A stretch of DNA of 60,030 nucleotides, filler included. It is 9 parts of 9 records of this genome, joined end to end, with 100 filler letters (N's around TTAATTAATTAA, not from the genome) between each part and the next. Parts side by side here need not be neighbours in the genome. Positions count along the whole stretch, not along the records: positions 6,731 to 16,831 come from SRR31156797_86954; positions 16,932 to 22,414 come from SRR31156797_87123; 7 more parts are not named here. The stretch is one strand, 5' to 3'. Of the stretch, positions 9,161 through 20,416 are shown one piece after another. The notes below the pieces were generated by a model that saw only the letters and a program-made list of their open reading frames with translations, was not told the DNA's origin and ran no database searches. Position numbers and translations under genes: made by a program. Position 1 is the stretch's first letter, and each line of letters opens with the position of its first letter.

Positions 9161-10600
9161 ATGAAAAAGGCGTCGATACAGATGAATATCCAAGAAAGGG
9201 CCAAGCCCTTTCGGCTGGTGAAATATTTTACATTCTCCAGTTTAATCGTCATTTTTATCGGAACGATCATTCTCTCAACGTTGAACACGCATTGGGTTCG
9301 TTCCATGCAATATCAAAAAAGTGAAGACTATGCCTTTCTCCTCATCGAAAATCTGAACCACCAGGTTTTTTTACAATTTATTCTTCCCGTAGGACTTAAA
9401 TACGGAAAAATTGAGCTAAGAAATGAAGAACAATTTGACAGAATGGACAGTGTTGTTCGAAGTACCCTGCACAGCTTCAAAGTTGAAATGGTCAATATTT
9501 ACAGTAAAGATGATGTAATTGCATACAGTTTTTCAAAAGACCTGGTTGGAAAGAAAAATCTTGGCGGAACCTTTTACAAAAATGCTCTAGATGGGAATTC
9601 TTCATCCAAGCTTGTACAAAACGGTGCATTTTGGGAAATATTGCTGGGAATACCCAATGAGATAAAAATTATTACATTCGCGCCACTGAGGGCGGAAAGG
9701 CCCCTGTCTCCCATAGCGGGTCCGGTACTGGGTGTCGTTGAGATCCGGCAGGATCTTTCAGAAGATTATAGAAGGATCTTCAAGTTTCAGATGCTCGTTA
9801 TTTCAACGATCAGTATTGTAATGGGAATTTTACTCCTCACGTTAATATACGTTGTAAAAAGGGGAGAAGGAATTATCGAAAAAAGGGCGATCGAGCGGAT
9901 TCGTTTGAAAGACCAGCTGGCAAAAGCAAAACATCTCTCTTCCTTAGGTGAAATGGTTGCCGGAATTTCCCACGAGATTAGAAACCCATTGGGAATTATC
10001 AGCAGTTCCGCTGAATTGCTGAAAAAAAAGATGGAACCGGTAAGTTCACTCAATGCCATTTCAGATATCATTGTGGCCGAATCCCGTCGACTAAACAATA
10101 TTATCACTGATTTTCTGAATTATGCGCGGCCTAAGAATCCCCATCGAATTCCGTGTGAAATTGACAAGGTATTGATCAAGAATATCAACTTTCTTGAATC
10201 TCAAATAAAAGAGAAAGGGTATACCGTCAGAACTTTTTTCGATAAAGGTATTCCCACCCTCAATGCAGATGGAGAGCTTCTTTACCAAGCCTTTTTAAAT
10301 TTGTTTATCAATGCAATGCAAGCGATGCCCAATGGCGGTATTATCGATGTGATCCTTAAAAAAAAGGGGATTCAGGCGATGTGGGTGGTCATTGAAGATG
10401 GAGGTAAGGGGGTTTCTCCGGCGGAACTTGAAAAAATTTGGGACCCGTTCTTTACAACCAAGGAGAAGGGGACGGGATTGGGGCTAGGCATTGTAAAAAA
10501 CATTATCGAAGCCCATGGCGGCACCATTCAGATCGGTAACCGGCGCCCAACAGGTGCACGGGTTTCCATTAAATTTCCGTTATCTAAGGAGGACAACTGA
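9161..10600 (+). CDS. Membrane sensor histidine kinase (NtrB/AtoS-like)
   Basis: Two TM helices, H-box HEIRNPL, N-box NLFINAMQA, DGGKG, FFTTKEKGTGLGL. Confidence 0.95.
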   Translation: MKKASIQMNIQERAKPFRLVKYFTFSSLIVIFIGTIILSTLNTHWVRSMQYQKSEDYAFLLIENLNHQVFLQFILPVGLKYGKIELRNEEQFDRMDSVVRSTLHSFKVEMVNIYSKDDVIAYSFSKDLVGKKNLGGTFYKNALDGNSSSKLVQNGAFWEILLGIPNEIKIITFAPLRAERPLSPIAGPVLGVVEIRQDLSEDYRRIFKFQMLVISTISIVMGILLLTLIYVVKRGEGIIEKRAIERIRLKDQLAKAKHLSSLGEMVAGISHEIRNPLGIISSSAELLKKKMEPVSSLNAISDIIVAESRRLNNIITDFLNYARPKNPHRIPCEIDKVLIKNINFLESQIKEKGYTVRTFFDKGIPTLNADGELLYQAFLNLFINAMQAMPNGGIIDVILKKKGIQAMWVVIEDGGKGVSPAELEKIWDPFFTTKEKGTGLGLGIVKNIIEAHGGTIQIGNRRPTGARVSIKFPLSKEDN

Positions 10601-11985
10601 TGGAAACCGTATTGATTGTGGATGACGAAGCAAATTACACGGTCATTCTTTCCGCAGTTTTGGAAGATGAAGGGTTTGAGACATTGACGGCCAACAGCGG
10701 ATCGGATGCTTTAGACATTCTGGCGCAATCGGATGTCGATTTGGTTTTAACCGATATGAAAATGCCGGGTATGGATGGTATTCAACTATTGGAAAAGGTG
10801 AAACTTGCTGATGCGGATCTTCCGGTCATCATGATGACAGCCCACGGCACCGTCGAAAAAGCAGTTGAGGCCATGCAAAAAGGTGCCTACAATTATATTT
10901 TAAAACCATTCGATAACGAACAGCTTGTCCTCTACGTCAACAAAGCGGTTTCCATGTACCGGGTTGTTAAGGAAAACCGTCTTCTTCGCGACACCGTTGA
11001 AAACCGATATAGTTTTGGCAATATTATCGGAAAAAGCAAAGCCATGCAGGATGTCTTTCACATTGTACGGAAAGTTGCGCCGGCCGCAGCAACCGTCCTT
11101 ATTGAGGGTGCCAGTGGTACGGGAAAGGAGCTGGTGGCCAAAGCCCTCCATTTTAACAGCCCCAGGAAAAATAAACCGTTTATTGCCGTTAATTGTTCCG
11201 CGTTGGCCGAGTCCCTGTTGGAAAGCGAGCTTTTCGGACATGAAAAAGGAGCGTTTACCGGTGCGGCGACCATGAGAAAGGGAAGATTTGAGATCGCTGA
11301 CGGTGGCACCCTTTTTCTGGATGAAATCGGTGAACTTTCAGTCGGTCTTCAAGTAAAACTGTTGCGGGTTCTTCAAGAAAGGGTGGTTGAACGCGTAGGG
11401 GGGAGCAAGCCGATTCCCGTGAATATCCGAATGGTTGTTGCGACGAACAAATTTTTAAAGGAGGAGGTCGCAAAAGGTCGCTTTCGTGAAGATCTGTTCT
11501 TCAGGCTCAACGTCGTGCACATTACATTGCCGCCGCTGCGTGAGCGTTTGGAAGACATTCGTCCGTTGGTGATCCATTTTCTTACAAAATACAATGACGA
11601 GCGCTATTCCGGTTCCCCGGTGACGGGAATCGACAGAGATGTTGAGCGGTTGTTATACGAATACGACTGGCCGGGAAATGTAAGGGAATTGGAAAATCTT
11701 ATCGAGCGTGCTGTAGTGATGAGTCCTGAGGAAACGATTCAAGTGTCCGACTTGCCAAAGGATTTTATTGACAGCGCGAATAAGACACTTCATATGGATG
11801 GCATCCCGGTGGATGCCAATCTTTATGAAACGTTGGCTTTTGTTGAAAAAAACATGATTATAAGGGCATTGGAAAAAGCTGATTTTGTTCAGACCCGTGC
11901 AGCCAACCTTCTGGGGATCGGAAAAAGCGGGCTGAACCAGAAAATCAAGAAATACGGGTTGTTCAACAAGAACAAATCACAGTAA
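10600..11985 (+). CDS. Sigma54-dependent response regulator (NtrC family)
   Basis: Receiver domain (VDDE, DMKMP), Walker A GASGTGKE, GAFTGA, WPGNVRELEN, Fis-type HTH. Confidence 0.96.
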   Translation: METVLIVDDEANYTVILSAVLEDEGFETLTANSGSDALDILAQSDVDLVLTDMKMPGMDGIQLLEKVKLADADLPVIMMTAHGTVEKAVEAMQKGAYNYILKPFDNEQLVLYVNKAVSMYRVVKENRLLRDTVENRYSFGNIIGKSKAMQDVFHIVRKVAPAAATVLIEGASGTGKELVAKALHFNSPRKNKPFIAVNCSALAESLLESELFGHEKGAFTGAATMRKGRFEIADGGTLFLDEIGELSVGLQVKLLRVLQERVVERVGGSKPIPVNIRMVVATNKFLKEEVAKGRFREDLFFRLNVVHITLPPLRERLEDIRPLVIHFLTKYNDERYSGSPVTGIDRDVERLLYEYDWPGNVRELENLIERAVVMSPEETIQVSDLPKDFIDSANKTLHMDGIPVDANLYETLAFVEKNMIIRALEKADFVQTRAANLLGIGKSGLNQKIKKYGLFNKNKSQ

Positions 11986-12006
11986 GAAACCGTTTTTTCT
12001 TTTGCT

Positions 12007-12693
12007 CTATCCGCTGATTTTTTCTTTGACCAGATCGTTGTACATATTGGCCGGGAAATCGGTTTGTAATCGTTCAAATATCTCGGCACTTTTTTCTTTG
12101 TTTCCGGTTGCCTCATACAACAACGCCAAGTTGAAAAGGGCTCCAACTTTCATTGTCGTCTCTTCGCTTGCTGAAATCCTTTCAAATGTTTGGATTGCCT
12201 CGTTCTTTTTGTCTTTCAACAAGTAGGCATGGCTCAACCGGCTGAGTACGATGTTTTTCATTGCAGGCATCTTGCCGAATGCTTCCAGTGCGCGGTCATA
12301 CATCTCAATGGCCGTCTCCGCATCGTTTGCCGAATAGCTGATGTCGCCATACAGAATCAAGGCCAGTTGACCCGATACTTTTGAACCGTATTTATCGAAA
12401 AAGGAGGTAAAATCGTCTTTGATACTCGTATAGGCTTCTTCCGGGCTGGTTTTGGCAAGGGCTTGTGAATAGTTGTCCATGACCTTTTCAAGTTGCTCGG
12501 ATGCTTTCAGTTCATTCCGGTTTGAAATCTGTCGAGCCGATACAAAAATGAGCAACAGCGCTACGATCACACCTGCACCGATCAGAATCGATTTGCTATG
12601 CGACCGCCCGAACCCTATTATTCTCCCCGACAATGTGATGAATTGATCCGGTTCCTTTAACAACTGTTTACGTGTTACAGTCCCTTTGGCCAT
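12007..12693 (-). CDS. Membrane-anchored TPR protein (YfgM-like)
   Basis: LKEPDQF N-terminus, one TM helix, TPR helices. Confidence 0.75.
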   Translation of the reverse strand: MAKGTVTRKQLLKEPDQFITLSGRIIGFGRSHSKSILIGAGVIVALLLIFVSARQISNRNELKASEQLEKVMDNYSQALAKTSPEEAYTSIKDDFTSFFDKYGSKVSGQLALILYGDISYSANDAETAIEMYDRALEAFGKMPAMKNIVLSRLSHAYLLKDKKNEAIQTFERISASEETTMKVGALFNLALLYEATGNKEKSAEIFERLQTDFPANMYNDLVKEKISG

Positions 12694-13682
12694 TATTCCT
12701 CCAGTGTTTTTTTGATTCGCATCCAACCCTCATCGGGGATGTGTGCTCCAACAACACGACATACCTCATACCCGCAAGCCGAAGCAAGTTCACCGCTTTT
12801 GTTCATGGAAAAACCGGCTACCAGACCATGTAAGAAACCCGACGCCCAAAGATCTCCGGCGCCGGTGGTATCGACCGCCGGGCACTTCCCCTTGGCGGCA
12901 ATCCGGTAAACCCGGCCTTCATGCTGAATGTAGCTCCCTCTTGCACCGACCTTTAAAACGGCGATCTCTACATTTTGGGCCAATGCGGCGAGTGCCTTTT
13001 TTTCGTCGGTCTCACCTGTATAGGCTCGGGCTTCGTCCTCATTGGCAATGAGAATGTCCACGTAGGGTTCGATGATATGGTCGATAACGCTTTTAGATTG
13101 TTCAACAACAGTAAAGCTTGCCAAATCCAGGGAAATCAATGCACCAGCCTGTTTTGCCGATTTGAGGGCAGCGGTCATGACGTCGGCATTGAATAGCAGG
13201 TACCCTTCCATATGTACGATGGCTGCTTTGTCGAAGCATGTCGGTGAAATCTCTTCAGGTAGGATTTGTGCAGACGCACCCAGAAAGGTGAGCATGGTCC
13301 GTTGTGCATCCGGTGTGATGATGGAAAGAACCCGGCCTGTGGGGATCTTCGATGTCATCAAAAACGGTGTCACGTTTTTCTTTAAAAGAGCCTCTTCAAA
13401 AAAGCGGCCGCTATCGTCGTTTCCGCGTTTTCCAACAAATCCGGAAAGGCCTCCCAACTGCCCTACACCCACCGCCGTATTGCCTGCGGAACCGCCTGGA
13501 ACGATAATCGGCCGGTTGGAAGTTTCGCTTAAGATACGGTCCAGATCCGATGGTGGTACATAGGTCATTCCACCTTTCTCGCAGCCGAGTCGCCGGACGA
13601 AATCGTCACTTTCGTGAATCAGAAGGTCAACAAGCGCTGCACCGATGCCCACAATCTTTTTCTTACCATCCTGGAATTTCAA
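12693..13682 (-). CDS. PfkB-family carbohydrate/adenosine kinase
   Basis: PGGSAGNT, ANEDEA and DTTGAGD signatures. Confidence 0.92.
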   Translation of the reverse strand: MKFQDGKKKIVGIGAALVDLLIHESDDFVRRLGCEKGGMTYVPPSDLDRILSETSNRPIIVPGGSAGNTAVGVGQLGGLSGFVGKRGNDDSGRFFEEALLKKNVTPFLMTSKIPTGRVLSIITPDAQRTMLTFLGASAQILPEEISPTCFDKAAIVHMEGYLLFNADVMTAALKSAKQAGALISLDLASFTVVEQSKSVIDHIIEPYVDILIANEDEARAYTGETDEKKALAALAQNVEIAVLKVGARGSYIQHEGRVYRIAAKGKCPAVDTTGAGDLWASGFLHGLVAGFSMNKSGELASACGYEVCRVVGAHIPDEGWMRIKKTLEE

Positions 13683-13742
13683 AATAGTGACCGTCTCCTC
13701 TTGTTCTATCGCAGGGTTTTCGTCAGTTCCGAAAGAAAGGTT

Positions 13743-14222
13743 CTACCATACCAAAGATTGATGGATCCATCCTTTGTCCCCGTCTCCGTGGACCACATGC
13801 AGCCATTCACCTTTTTTTTCAAGCACCCTGAAAGGAACCCCTTTGTCGACGGTGAAAAAGATGTCATTTTCGGTTCCCGGTCCGGAGCGGACATTACATT
13901 TGTCGGTTTTTACGATTACGCATCGCATCTTCACCAAAAGAGAGCTGTGGATCCAGCCGTGGTCCCCTTCAAAATCTTCGAACTGAACCCATGCACCTTC
14001 TTTTTTGATTACCGACAGGGGGTGGTATTTTTCCACCTGCCAGAGAACTTCGGCATCTGTATTTGGTTCCGCGCGAATGTTGGCGATGTTTGCCTTTACA
14101 CTCAACCGTTGTGCCCAGGTCTGATTCGCAGCGATCAAGAAGCACATCAATGACACAACGATGCAAATGGCTATACGCAATGGCTTTGACATTGGGAATG
14201 CCTTCCGGAATTCGAACATCAT
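13743..14222 (-). CDS. Secreted protein with two bacterial SH3 domains
   Basis: Signal peptide; two ANIR/CNVR...GWIH repeats. Confidence 0.88.
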   Translation of the reverse strand: MMFEFRKAFPMSKPLRIAICIVVSLMCFLIAANQTWAQRLSVKANIANIRAEPNTDAEVLWQVEKYHPLSVIKKEGAWVQFEDFEGDHGWIHSSLLVKMRCVIVKTDKCNVRSGPGTENDIFFTVDKGVPFRVLEKKGEWLHVVHGDGDKGWIHQSLVW

Positions 14223-14244
14223 TTAAAAACCAGTTGTGGCAATA

Positions 14245-14496
14245 TTAAGCCGGTCCGGGAATGGTGTAGGTCGTACAGGATCCGGAACTACAGGTCCGGG
14301 TCTGGGCGTTGGCCCCTGAATCGGCCGGACGTCCATGACTCCCGCCCGTAACTGCATGGTTGGTGCTGGATAGAATCCGTTCCAGATTTTCAGATCCACA
14401 TTGAGTGCAGGTGAGTTCTACCTCATCCTTTTTGTTCATCACCAGCAGTTCTACATACTCGTTGCAATCCATACATTTAAACTCGAAAATAGGCAT
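14245..14496 (-). CDS. FmdB-family zinc-ribbon protein
   Basis: MPIFEFKCMDC...CTQCGS. Confidence 0.88.
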   Translation of the reverse strand: MPIFEFKCMDCNEYVELLVMNKKDEVELTCTQCGSENLERILSSTNHAVTGGSHGRPADSGANAQTRTCSSGSCTTYTIPGPA

Positions 14497-14566
14497 TTGG
14501 GTCTCCTTGGAAAAATTAACTAAACCTTTACCATGATGGCTGATTTGTCAAGCAATGGAGCCATAT

Positions 14567-16261
14567 CTATTGAACGATCAATGTTTTGGCGTGTTCCAGT
14601 GCTGTTTGCGTGATTTTTTCCCCACCGAGCATCCGGGCAATTTCCGCAACCCGCTCCTCCTGATCCATGGGGCGTATGGTGGTGGTCGTACGTCCTTTTA
14701 CAACCTGTTTTTTAATGAAATAATGTTTGTTGCCGAAACGGGCGATTTGAGGCAGATGGGTAATGCAGATCAATTGATGCTTTTGCGATAATGCCATCAA
14801 TTTTTTCCCTACGACATCGGCAACAGACCCTCCGATCCCTGCGTCGACCTCATCGAAAATAATGGTACCCACCCCATCGGTTTCAGCCAAAATCGCCTTT
14901 AAGGCGAGCACGACCCTGGAGAGCTCTCCACCCGATGCGATGGCAGAGAGCTGCTTCAGCGATTCGCCAACATTGGGAGAAATCATAAACGATGCCCGGT
15001 CGATTCCCTTGGCGGACAACAGACAGCCATCCACCATAAGCCAGGAGGCTTTGTCGGTTGTTGCCGGCTGGGATAGGTCAACGGAAAAGCGAGTCCCGGT
15101 CATTTTCAGACTGCCAAGTTCTTTTTCAACCGATTGTGCAAATTTTCCAGCGACTTTTTTCCGTTGTTCAGACAAGGAACGGGACTGTCGGGCCAATTGG
15201 TTGTGGGTTTGTTGCAACCGCTCGGTCACGTTTTCGATCTCTTCATCCAGATGGTCGATGGCCTTTATTTTCGCATTCATGGCATCGTATTGTTCGAATA
15301 ACGATTCCAGGGTGCTCCCGTATTTTCTTTTCAATCGGTTGATCAGATCCAAGCGTACATCCACGGATTCAAGTCGATCCGTTCCTGTTTCCAATCCCCC
15401 CAGGTAGTCCCGTAATGAGGCGACAATGTCTTCAAGGCCAAAAAAGCAGTCTGAAAGCGCTTCGGGAATGGCCTCCAGTTCCTTGTCCAGGGCGGCGGCT
15501 TTCTCCATCCTTTTTCGTAGTTCACCCAATTGATCCAGAATTGCACCTTCCGCTCCATAAAGGGAGTCAATGGCACCATATACGGTTTGATGAAGATCTT
15601 GTGCATGTTTTAGACGCGTTCGCTCTTTTTCAAGACTTGCATCTTCGCCAGGTTGGATATCGGCCTCGGCAATTTCCGTCGTTTGGTATCGGAGCAGGTC
15701 CATCTCTTTTTCACGATTGTTTTTTTTCTTTTCGAGGGTTTCGAGGGTTTGAAAAAGAGGAACCAGTTCCCCATACAAGGCGGTGACCTCTTCAACGATC
15801 GGTGAAAGCCCGCCAAAAAGGTCCAAAATATCAAGGTGGGATTCCTCTTTGAGCAACCCCTGATGGGCATGCTGACCGGAAATACTGGCCAGATCGCCTG
15901 TGATGGCGGCCAGCGCTTGCATTGTGACCCTTTGGTCGTTGATATAGACGCGATGCCGGTCGTTGCTGGAGAGTACCCTTCGCACCAGTAAACCTTCTTC
16001 GGGAGAGAAACCGCTTTGCGTCATCCGCAGTGCTGCTTTTGATATTTTCGGGACATCAAAAAATGCGGATAATTCAGCTGTATCGTATCCGTCCCGGATC
16101 ATTTTCGAACTTGCTCTCGAGCCTAAAACGAGGTTGACGGCATTGATAATAATCGATTTTCCGGCACCGGTCTCACCGCTCAAAATGGTCAATCCAGATT
16201 CGAACCGAATGTTCATGTCATCGATGATGGCGAAATTTTTAATGATCAACTCTTTGAGCAT
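14567..16261 (-). CDS. recN: DNA repair protein RecN
   Basis: SGETGAGKS, ASGGELSR, IFDEVDAGIGG, ITHLPQIA. Confidence 0.97.
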   Translation of the reverse strand: MLKELIIKNFAIIDDMNIRFESGLTILSGETGAGKSIIINAVNLVLGSRASSKMIRDGYDTAELSAFFDVPKISKAALRMTQSGFSPEEGLLVRRVLSSNDRHRVYINDQRVTMQALAAITGDLASISGQHAHQGLLKEESHLDILDLFGGLSPIVEEVTALYGELVPLFQTLETLEKKKNNREKEMDLLRYQTTEIAEADIQPGEDASLEKERTRLKHAQDLHQTVYGAIDSLYGAEGAILDQLGELRKRMEKAAALDKELEAIPEALSDCFFGLEDIVASLRDYLGGLETGTDRLESVDVRLDLINRLKRKYGSTLESLFEQYDAMNAKIKAIDHLDEEIENVTERLQQTHNQLARQSRSLSEQRKKVAGKFAQSVEKELGSLKMTGTRFSVDLSQPATTDKASWLMVDGCLLSAKGIDRASFMISPNVGESLKQLSAIASGGELSRVVLALKAILAETDGVGTIIFDEVDAGIGGSVADVVGKKLMALSQKHQLICITHLPQIARFGNKHYFIKKQVVKGRTTTTIRPMDQEERVAEIARMLGGEKITQTALEHAKTLIVQ

Positions 16262-16831
16262 GATGCGCTTCTCCGTGAAGCCGTTTACAACCCGATAGGA
16301 GTTTCTATGTCAACAGATAGCCCTCTAAACCTGGACATCATAAAAAAGGAGATGGGGGGAATCAAGTCTTATCCCCATCTATTTTCCGGGAGCCCTGTAA
16401 TTTTCGATTTTTTCGATAAAGCGGTCTCATCCTGCGATATCTTGCTGATGATTGCGTTCAAAAATTGGCTGTTAACCGGAAATTGAGATCACCGGAGAAC
16501 AGACGGTATTTGTGCGTTTTCTCTATATTTTCCTGTAGTTTAGAATTTTCCGGTTGCAGTTTGAAAGCAATATGCTATAGTTATCACAAAGAATTTCCTG
16601 TTATTGCTGGTTTCGATGCGATCGCCGGCATACAATGTTTCCTACGCTAACCTCTGTCTCTTCTATCCCTACGTGCCGGCTGGAAAATTGGTCTCGGATA
16701 ACGTCGCTATTCGTTGCGCCCGCAATCTTCCTTCGCAATTAAACACTCCATCCGGGCTATCGAATCGAGTTTTCAATCTTTTTTGTTCCTTCCGGTTCTG
16801 CAGGGCAACTGTCAACCGTTTCTCCGGCAGG

Positions 16832-16931
16832 NNNNNNNNNNNNNNNNNNNNNNNNNNNNNNNNNNNNNNNNNNNNTTAATTAATTAANNNNNNNNNNNNN
16901 NNNNNNNNNNNNNNNNNNNNNNNNNNNNNNN
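16832..16931. other. Artificial contig spacer
   Basis: N44-TTAATTAATTAA-N44. Confidence 0.99.
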
Positions 16932-17297
16932 AAGGTTATTGGGCGTTTCCCCGGTTTGGGGTACTTCAACCAGTTTGTTTCGTAATAATTCTTTTAGGAT
17001 TTTATTCCAGCTGGTGGGGTAGGCCTGTAGCCACTCAAAAGTGTTTCTTTGGTTGTTTGTATTTAAACAGTAAGCTCGAAAATGATTGTTAAACGCAGGA
17101 TTATCGAATGCTCCAAAAAGTAAACTCATGCCATAAGGATGGACTACATAAAAGGTTTTGGGATTGTTAACATCATCCACAAATATTTTTCCTTTTATTT
17201 TTTTTTCAATTACACTGCGGGCAAAAAGGGTGTTAATTTTTATTTCAGAAAGCGGTTTCTCAAGAAAATGATATTTTTCGGTGTTTAATTCCTGCAT
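16932..17297 (-). CDS. Probable GNAT-family acetyltransferase, N-terminal fragment
   Basis: FARSVIE...GKIFVDD..NP.TFY..HPYGMSLLFG resembles the N-terminus of GNAT_acetyltran-type proteins; 3'-truncated. Confidence 0.6.
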
Positions 17298-17544
17298 CGG
17301 CTTTTGGTTTATACAATGATCACAATTATGTCATTTGAGGTGAATTATTAATCCAACTCCCAAGAAAATGGACGTAAAGATAGTTTGTGTTAACCGGTCT
17401 TTTGATCACTGAAAGGCTGGTCGTGTCAATCGGTAGTGTTCATTTAACAAAACCAGTTTGACTCAGATACGAATTTCAACCTTTCTGGTATATCAACCAA
17501 TAATTTGTTTTTAGCATTACCGATGTAGAACACTTGGAGGCTCA

Positions 17545-18141
17545 TTATTTTTTAATAACTATTACCCTTGTTTTCGAAAGTTTATCGTGCCAGCCGATTC
17601 CCGGTTCTCCTAGGAAAGAAAAAGCATCAAACGGAATTAACCGACATACAGAGCGTATAAAAATACTTCTTAGATTTGGTTGTTCTCCATCATTGGTGAT
17701 TACCTTGGTGCGCGTAATGTATTTTGCTATACTTCTTCCGGTAGTTGTTTCTAATACTATATAATAGAAAATATAAACAAGGATGGCAATGATATACCCA
17801 AAGAGGTGATTATCAATAATTGAATCGAAGGCATATGGAGAAACTACATTCATCATAATGCCAAAAACAATAAAAAATATAAAGATGAAAACATAATAGA
17901 AAATCGTGTCCAGCAGATAATTGGCAAATCGTTTGCCGTTACTGGCTGTATTTTCTTCCATATGAATGCTAAAATCACGAGCTTCAATTTCAGCTTTGGC
18001 CTGAGCATCTTCTTTATAGTGTGGACAGCTATCTTCAAAATCTGCTGCTTCTCCACTGATTTTACAAATTAATCCTTGTTTTAAACTTAGTTTACGGTGT
18101 TTGCAAATTTTACAGAATTTTAATTGTTCTTCTCTGGTCAT
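17545..18141 (-). CDS. RDD-family membrane protein with an N-terminal four-Cys motif
   Basis: KRFANYLLD...GRSIAK...WHDKLSKTRV RDD pattern; N-terminal CKIC...GLIC...C. Confidence 0.88.
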   Translation of the reverse strand: MTREEQLKFCKICKHRKLSLKQGLICKISGEAADFEDSCPHYKEDAQAKAEIEARDFSIHMEENTASNGKRFANYLLDTIFYYVFIFIFFIVFGIMMNVVSPYAFDSIIDNHLFGYIIAILVYIFYYIVLETTTGRSIAKYITRTKVITNDGEQPNLRSIFIRSVCRLIPFDAFSFLGEPGIGWHDKLSKTRVIVIKK

Positions 18142-18618
18142 TTTGTTGGGTTTTTATTGATGGGTATATGGAATTGGTTTCAGTTTAGTTTTTTGTTTGA
18201 TTTTCATTATTGCTTTTAATATACAAAACAAAGCAGTTTGTCTAAATAAAAATTACAGCAATTATAAATTGAGCTTGTTTATGTTTGTATAAAAAGTATT
18301 TTTTCGATTCGGGCTTTTTCATTTTGTTTTGGAGTATTTAGTTTAAGTAGCTTAAAAATAGTCTAAAAATATAAATTCTTAACATAAAATTGAAAAAATA
18401 CTCTGTTTTTAGTATTTTACTATTGTATAACTTGTTGATAGATAGTTTTATGTGTGTTTTTTTGTGTTTTGGCTTTTTTTATGTCAATCACTTTGTAATG
18501 GGTGATAAATCCTCTGTATTCTAAACTTTTAAGAGAACAACCAACAGTTCAATTTTTTTGTTTTTACCGGAACGCATTTCTCGTTTCATCCGAAATGACT
18601 ACGGCCATAGACTCAAAA

Positions 18619-20079
18619 CTAATCCTCCAACTTTTCCACCTTTTCACCTTTGGCAAATCGGCGAATTTTAATGTTCAGATAAGCAAAAAGCATGGTGGTA
18701 AGTGGGCTTATAATGTTAAAGAAAGCATAAGGAGCATAAGCCCAGGTGTCAACGCCAAGTACTTTCGATTGGGTGGCACCACAGGTGTTCCAGGGGATTA
18801 GCACCGATGTTATGGTTCCGCTGTCTTCCAGCGTACGGCTAAGTAATTCCGGTTTTAGTCCTTTATCCTGGTAGGTTTTGCGGTACATACGTCCGGGAAC
18901 TACCAGTGCGATATACTGGTCGGAAGCTGTGGTATTAAAGAAAATACAGGTGCAAACGGTTGAAGCTACAAGGTTTCCGGTGCTTTTGGCGTATTTTACA
19001 ATTGGTTGGGTAATTCGTTTGAGTAAACCGGCCGATTCCATTACTCCTCCAAACACCATGGCCGAAAGGATGAGCCAAACCGTATCCAACATTCCGCGCA
19101 TACCGGATGTGCTCAGCAGATCGTTTACATTCTCATCAGGAGTTGTTAAACTCACATCTCCAAACATGGCCTGCATTACCGATATATAAGATGACTTTGA
19201 GAAATTTTCGTTCATCCCGGAAATTTGATAGATGATTTGTGGTTGAAAAATGATGGCAAAAATACCGCCCAACAAGGTGCCAATTAATAACGAAGGCAGA
19301 GGCGGAACTTTCAACATAATTACAGTAAGCAATATTACGGGAACTAAAAACAAAAGCGGATTGGTATTAAAAGTTCCGTCGATAGCAGTTTTAACATTGA
19401 CAACATCAATGGAGGCGTTTGAAAAATCGTACCGAAAACCAATTATTAAAAATATAATAAGTGTTATTAACATAGTCGGTACGGTGGTAAAGGTCATGTA
19501 CCGAATATGTGTAAATAAGTCGGTTCCTGCCATCGCAGGTGCAAGGTTGGTAGTATCGCTGAGTGGACTCATTTTATCACCAAAATAAGCACCACTGATA
19601 ATTGCCCCGGCAACAATTGCTTCGTTAATACCAATGGCCTGACCAATGCCTAGTAAAGCTACACCAATGGTTGCAATAGTCGACCAAGAACTACCGGTGG
19701 CCACACTAACTATGGCACTAACCACAACTGCAGTAAACAAAAACAACCGCGGACTGATAATATCAAGGCCATAATAGATCATGGCAGGAACAACACCACT
19801 TATTAACCAGGTTCCGGCCAACGAACCAATCAACAACAAAATAAGGATAGAAGGCATCGCTGAACCAATTGTTGATACAATTTTTTTACTTATGGTTTCC
19901 CATTTGCACCCTAAGCGAATTGCAATAACACCGGCAAGTGCAGCAGCAAGAATCAGGGCTATTTGGTTGGCTCCCGTAAGGGTGTCATCAAACCAAAGTA
20001 CATTAAGTGTTAGTAGACAAATCAATACCAAAATTGGTAATAGGGCTATAAAAAGAGAAGCTTCACGTTTTGTTGTCAT
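18619..20079 (-). CDS. nhaC: Na+/H+ antiporter, NhaC family
   Basis: TGSSWST, GAYFGDKMSPLSDTTNLA, SRTLEDSGT and LIPWN motifs; start chosen at MTTKRE. Confidence 0.94.
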   Translation of the reverse strand: MTTKREASLFIALLPILVLICLLTLNVLWFDDTLTGANQIALILAAALAGVIAIRLGCKWETISKKIVSTIGSAMPSILILLLIGSLAGTWLISGVVPAMIYYGLDIISPRLFLFTAVVVSAIVSVATGSSWSTIATIGVALLGIGQAIGINEAIVAGAIISGAYFGDKMSPLSDTTNLAPAMAGTDLFTHIRYMTFTTVPTMLITLIIFLIIGFRYDFSNASIDVVNVKTAIDGTFNTNPLLFLVPVILLTVIMLKVPPLPSLLIGTLLGGIFAIIFQPQIIYQISGMNENFSKSSYISVMQAMFGDVSLTTPDENVNDLLSTSGMRGMLDTVWLILSAMVFGGVMESAGLLKRITQPIVKYAKSTGNLVASTVCTCIFFNTTASDQYIALVVPGRMYRKTYQDKGLKPELLSRTLEDSGTITSVLIPWNTCGATQSKVLGVDTWAYAPYAFFNIISPLTTMLFAYLNIKIRRFAKGEKVEKLED

Positions 20080-20416
20080 GTGATCTTTAAAATGAATAAT
20101 GAAACGCCAAAATAATACATAATTATTGAAAAATGTAACAAAAATATACAGAATTGTTTCATATTGTAAATACGGGAGCTCGTAATCCTGTTTCATTGTC
20201 GAAGTATTGATAAAGGCAACCAATTAAGTTATTAGTCCATCTTTTAAGGCCATCCAAAAATATCTTACGGCAATTGTTTACTCTTATCCGGGTTGAATCT
20301 CAAATGAAGCTCCATATTAAGCAAGCTAATCTGAAATCCTGTTAAATTCCCTCTCAAATTTTAGATAGGATAATTAAATGTTTCTATTTTCGTTTAATAT
20401 AATTTAAGCATATTTT

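Noticed and set aside
9161-11985. Naming the two-component pair pilS/pilR
   Set aside because: Proximity to pilMNO is suggestive, but NtrB/NtrC-family paralogues cannot be told apart by eye and no pilin gene is on the contig.
16262-16831. 570-bp region upstream of recN as a possible ncRNA or small gene
   Set aside because: I found no recognisable RNA motif or credible ORF, only a weak sigma70-like match pointing off the contig.
18142-18618. Long AT-rich intergenic region between the RDD gene and nhaC
   Set aside because: Low-complexity T/A tracts without a repeat, inverted repeat or coding signal I could support.
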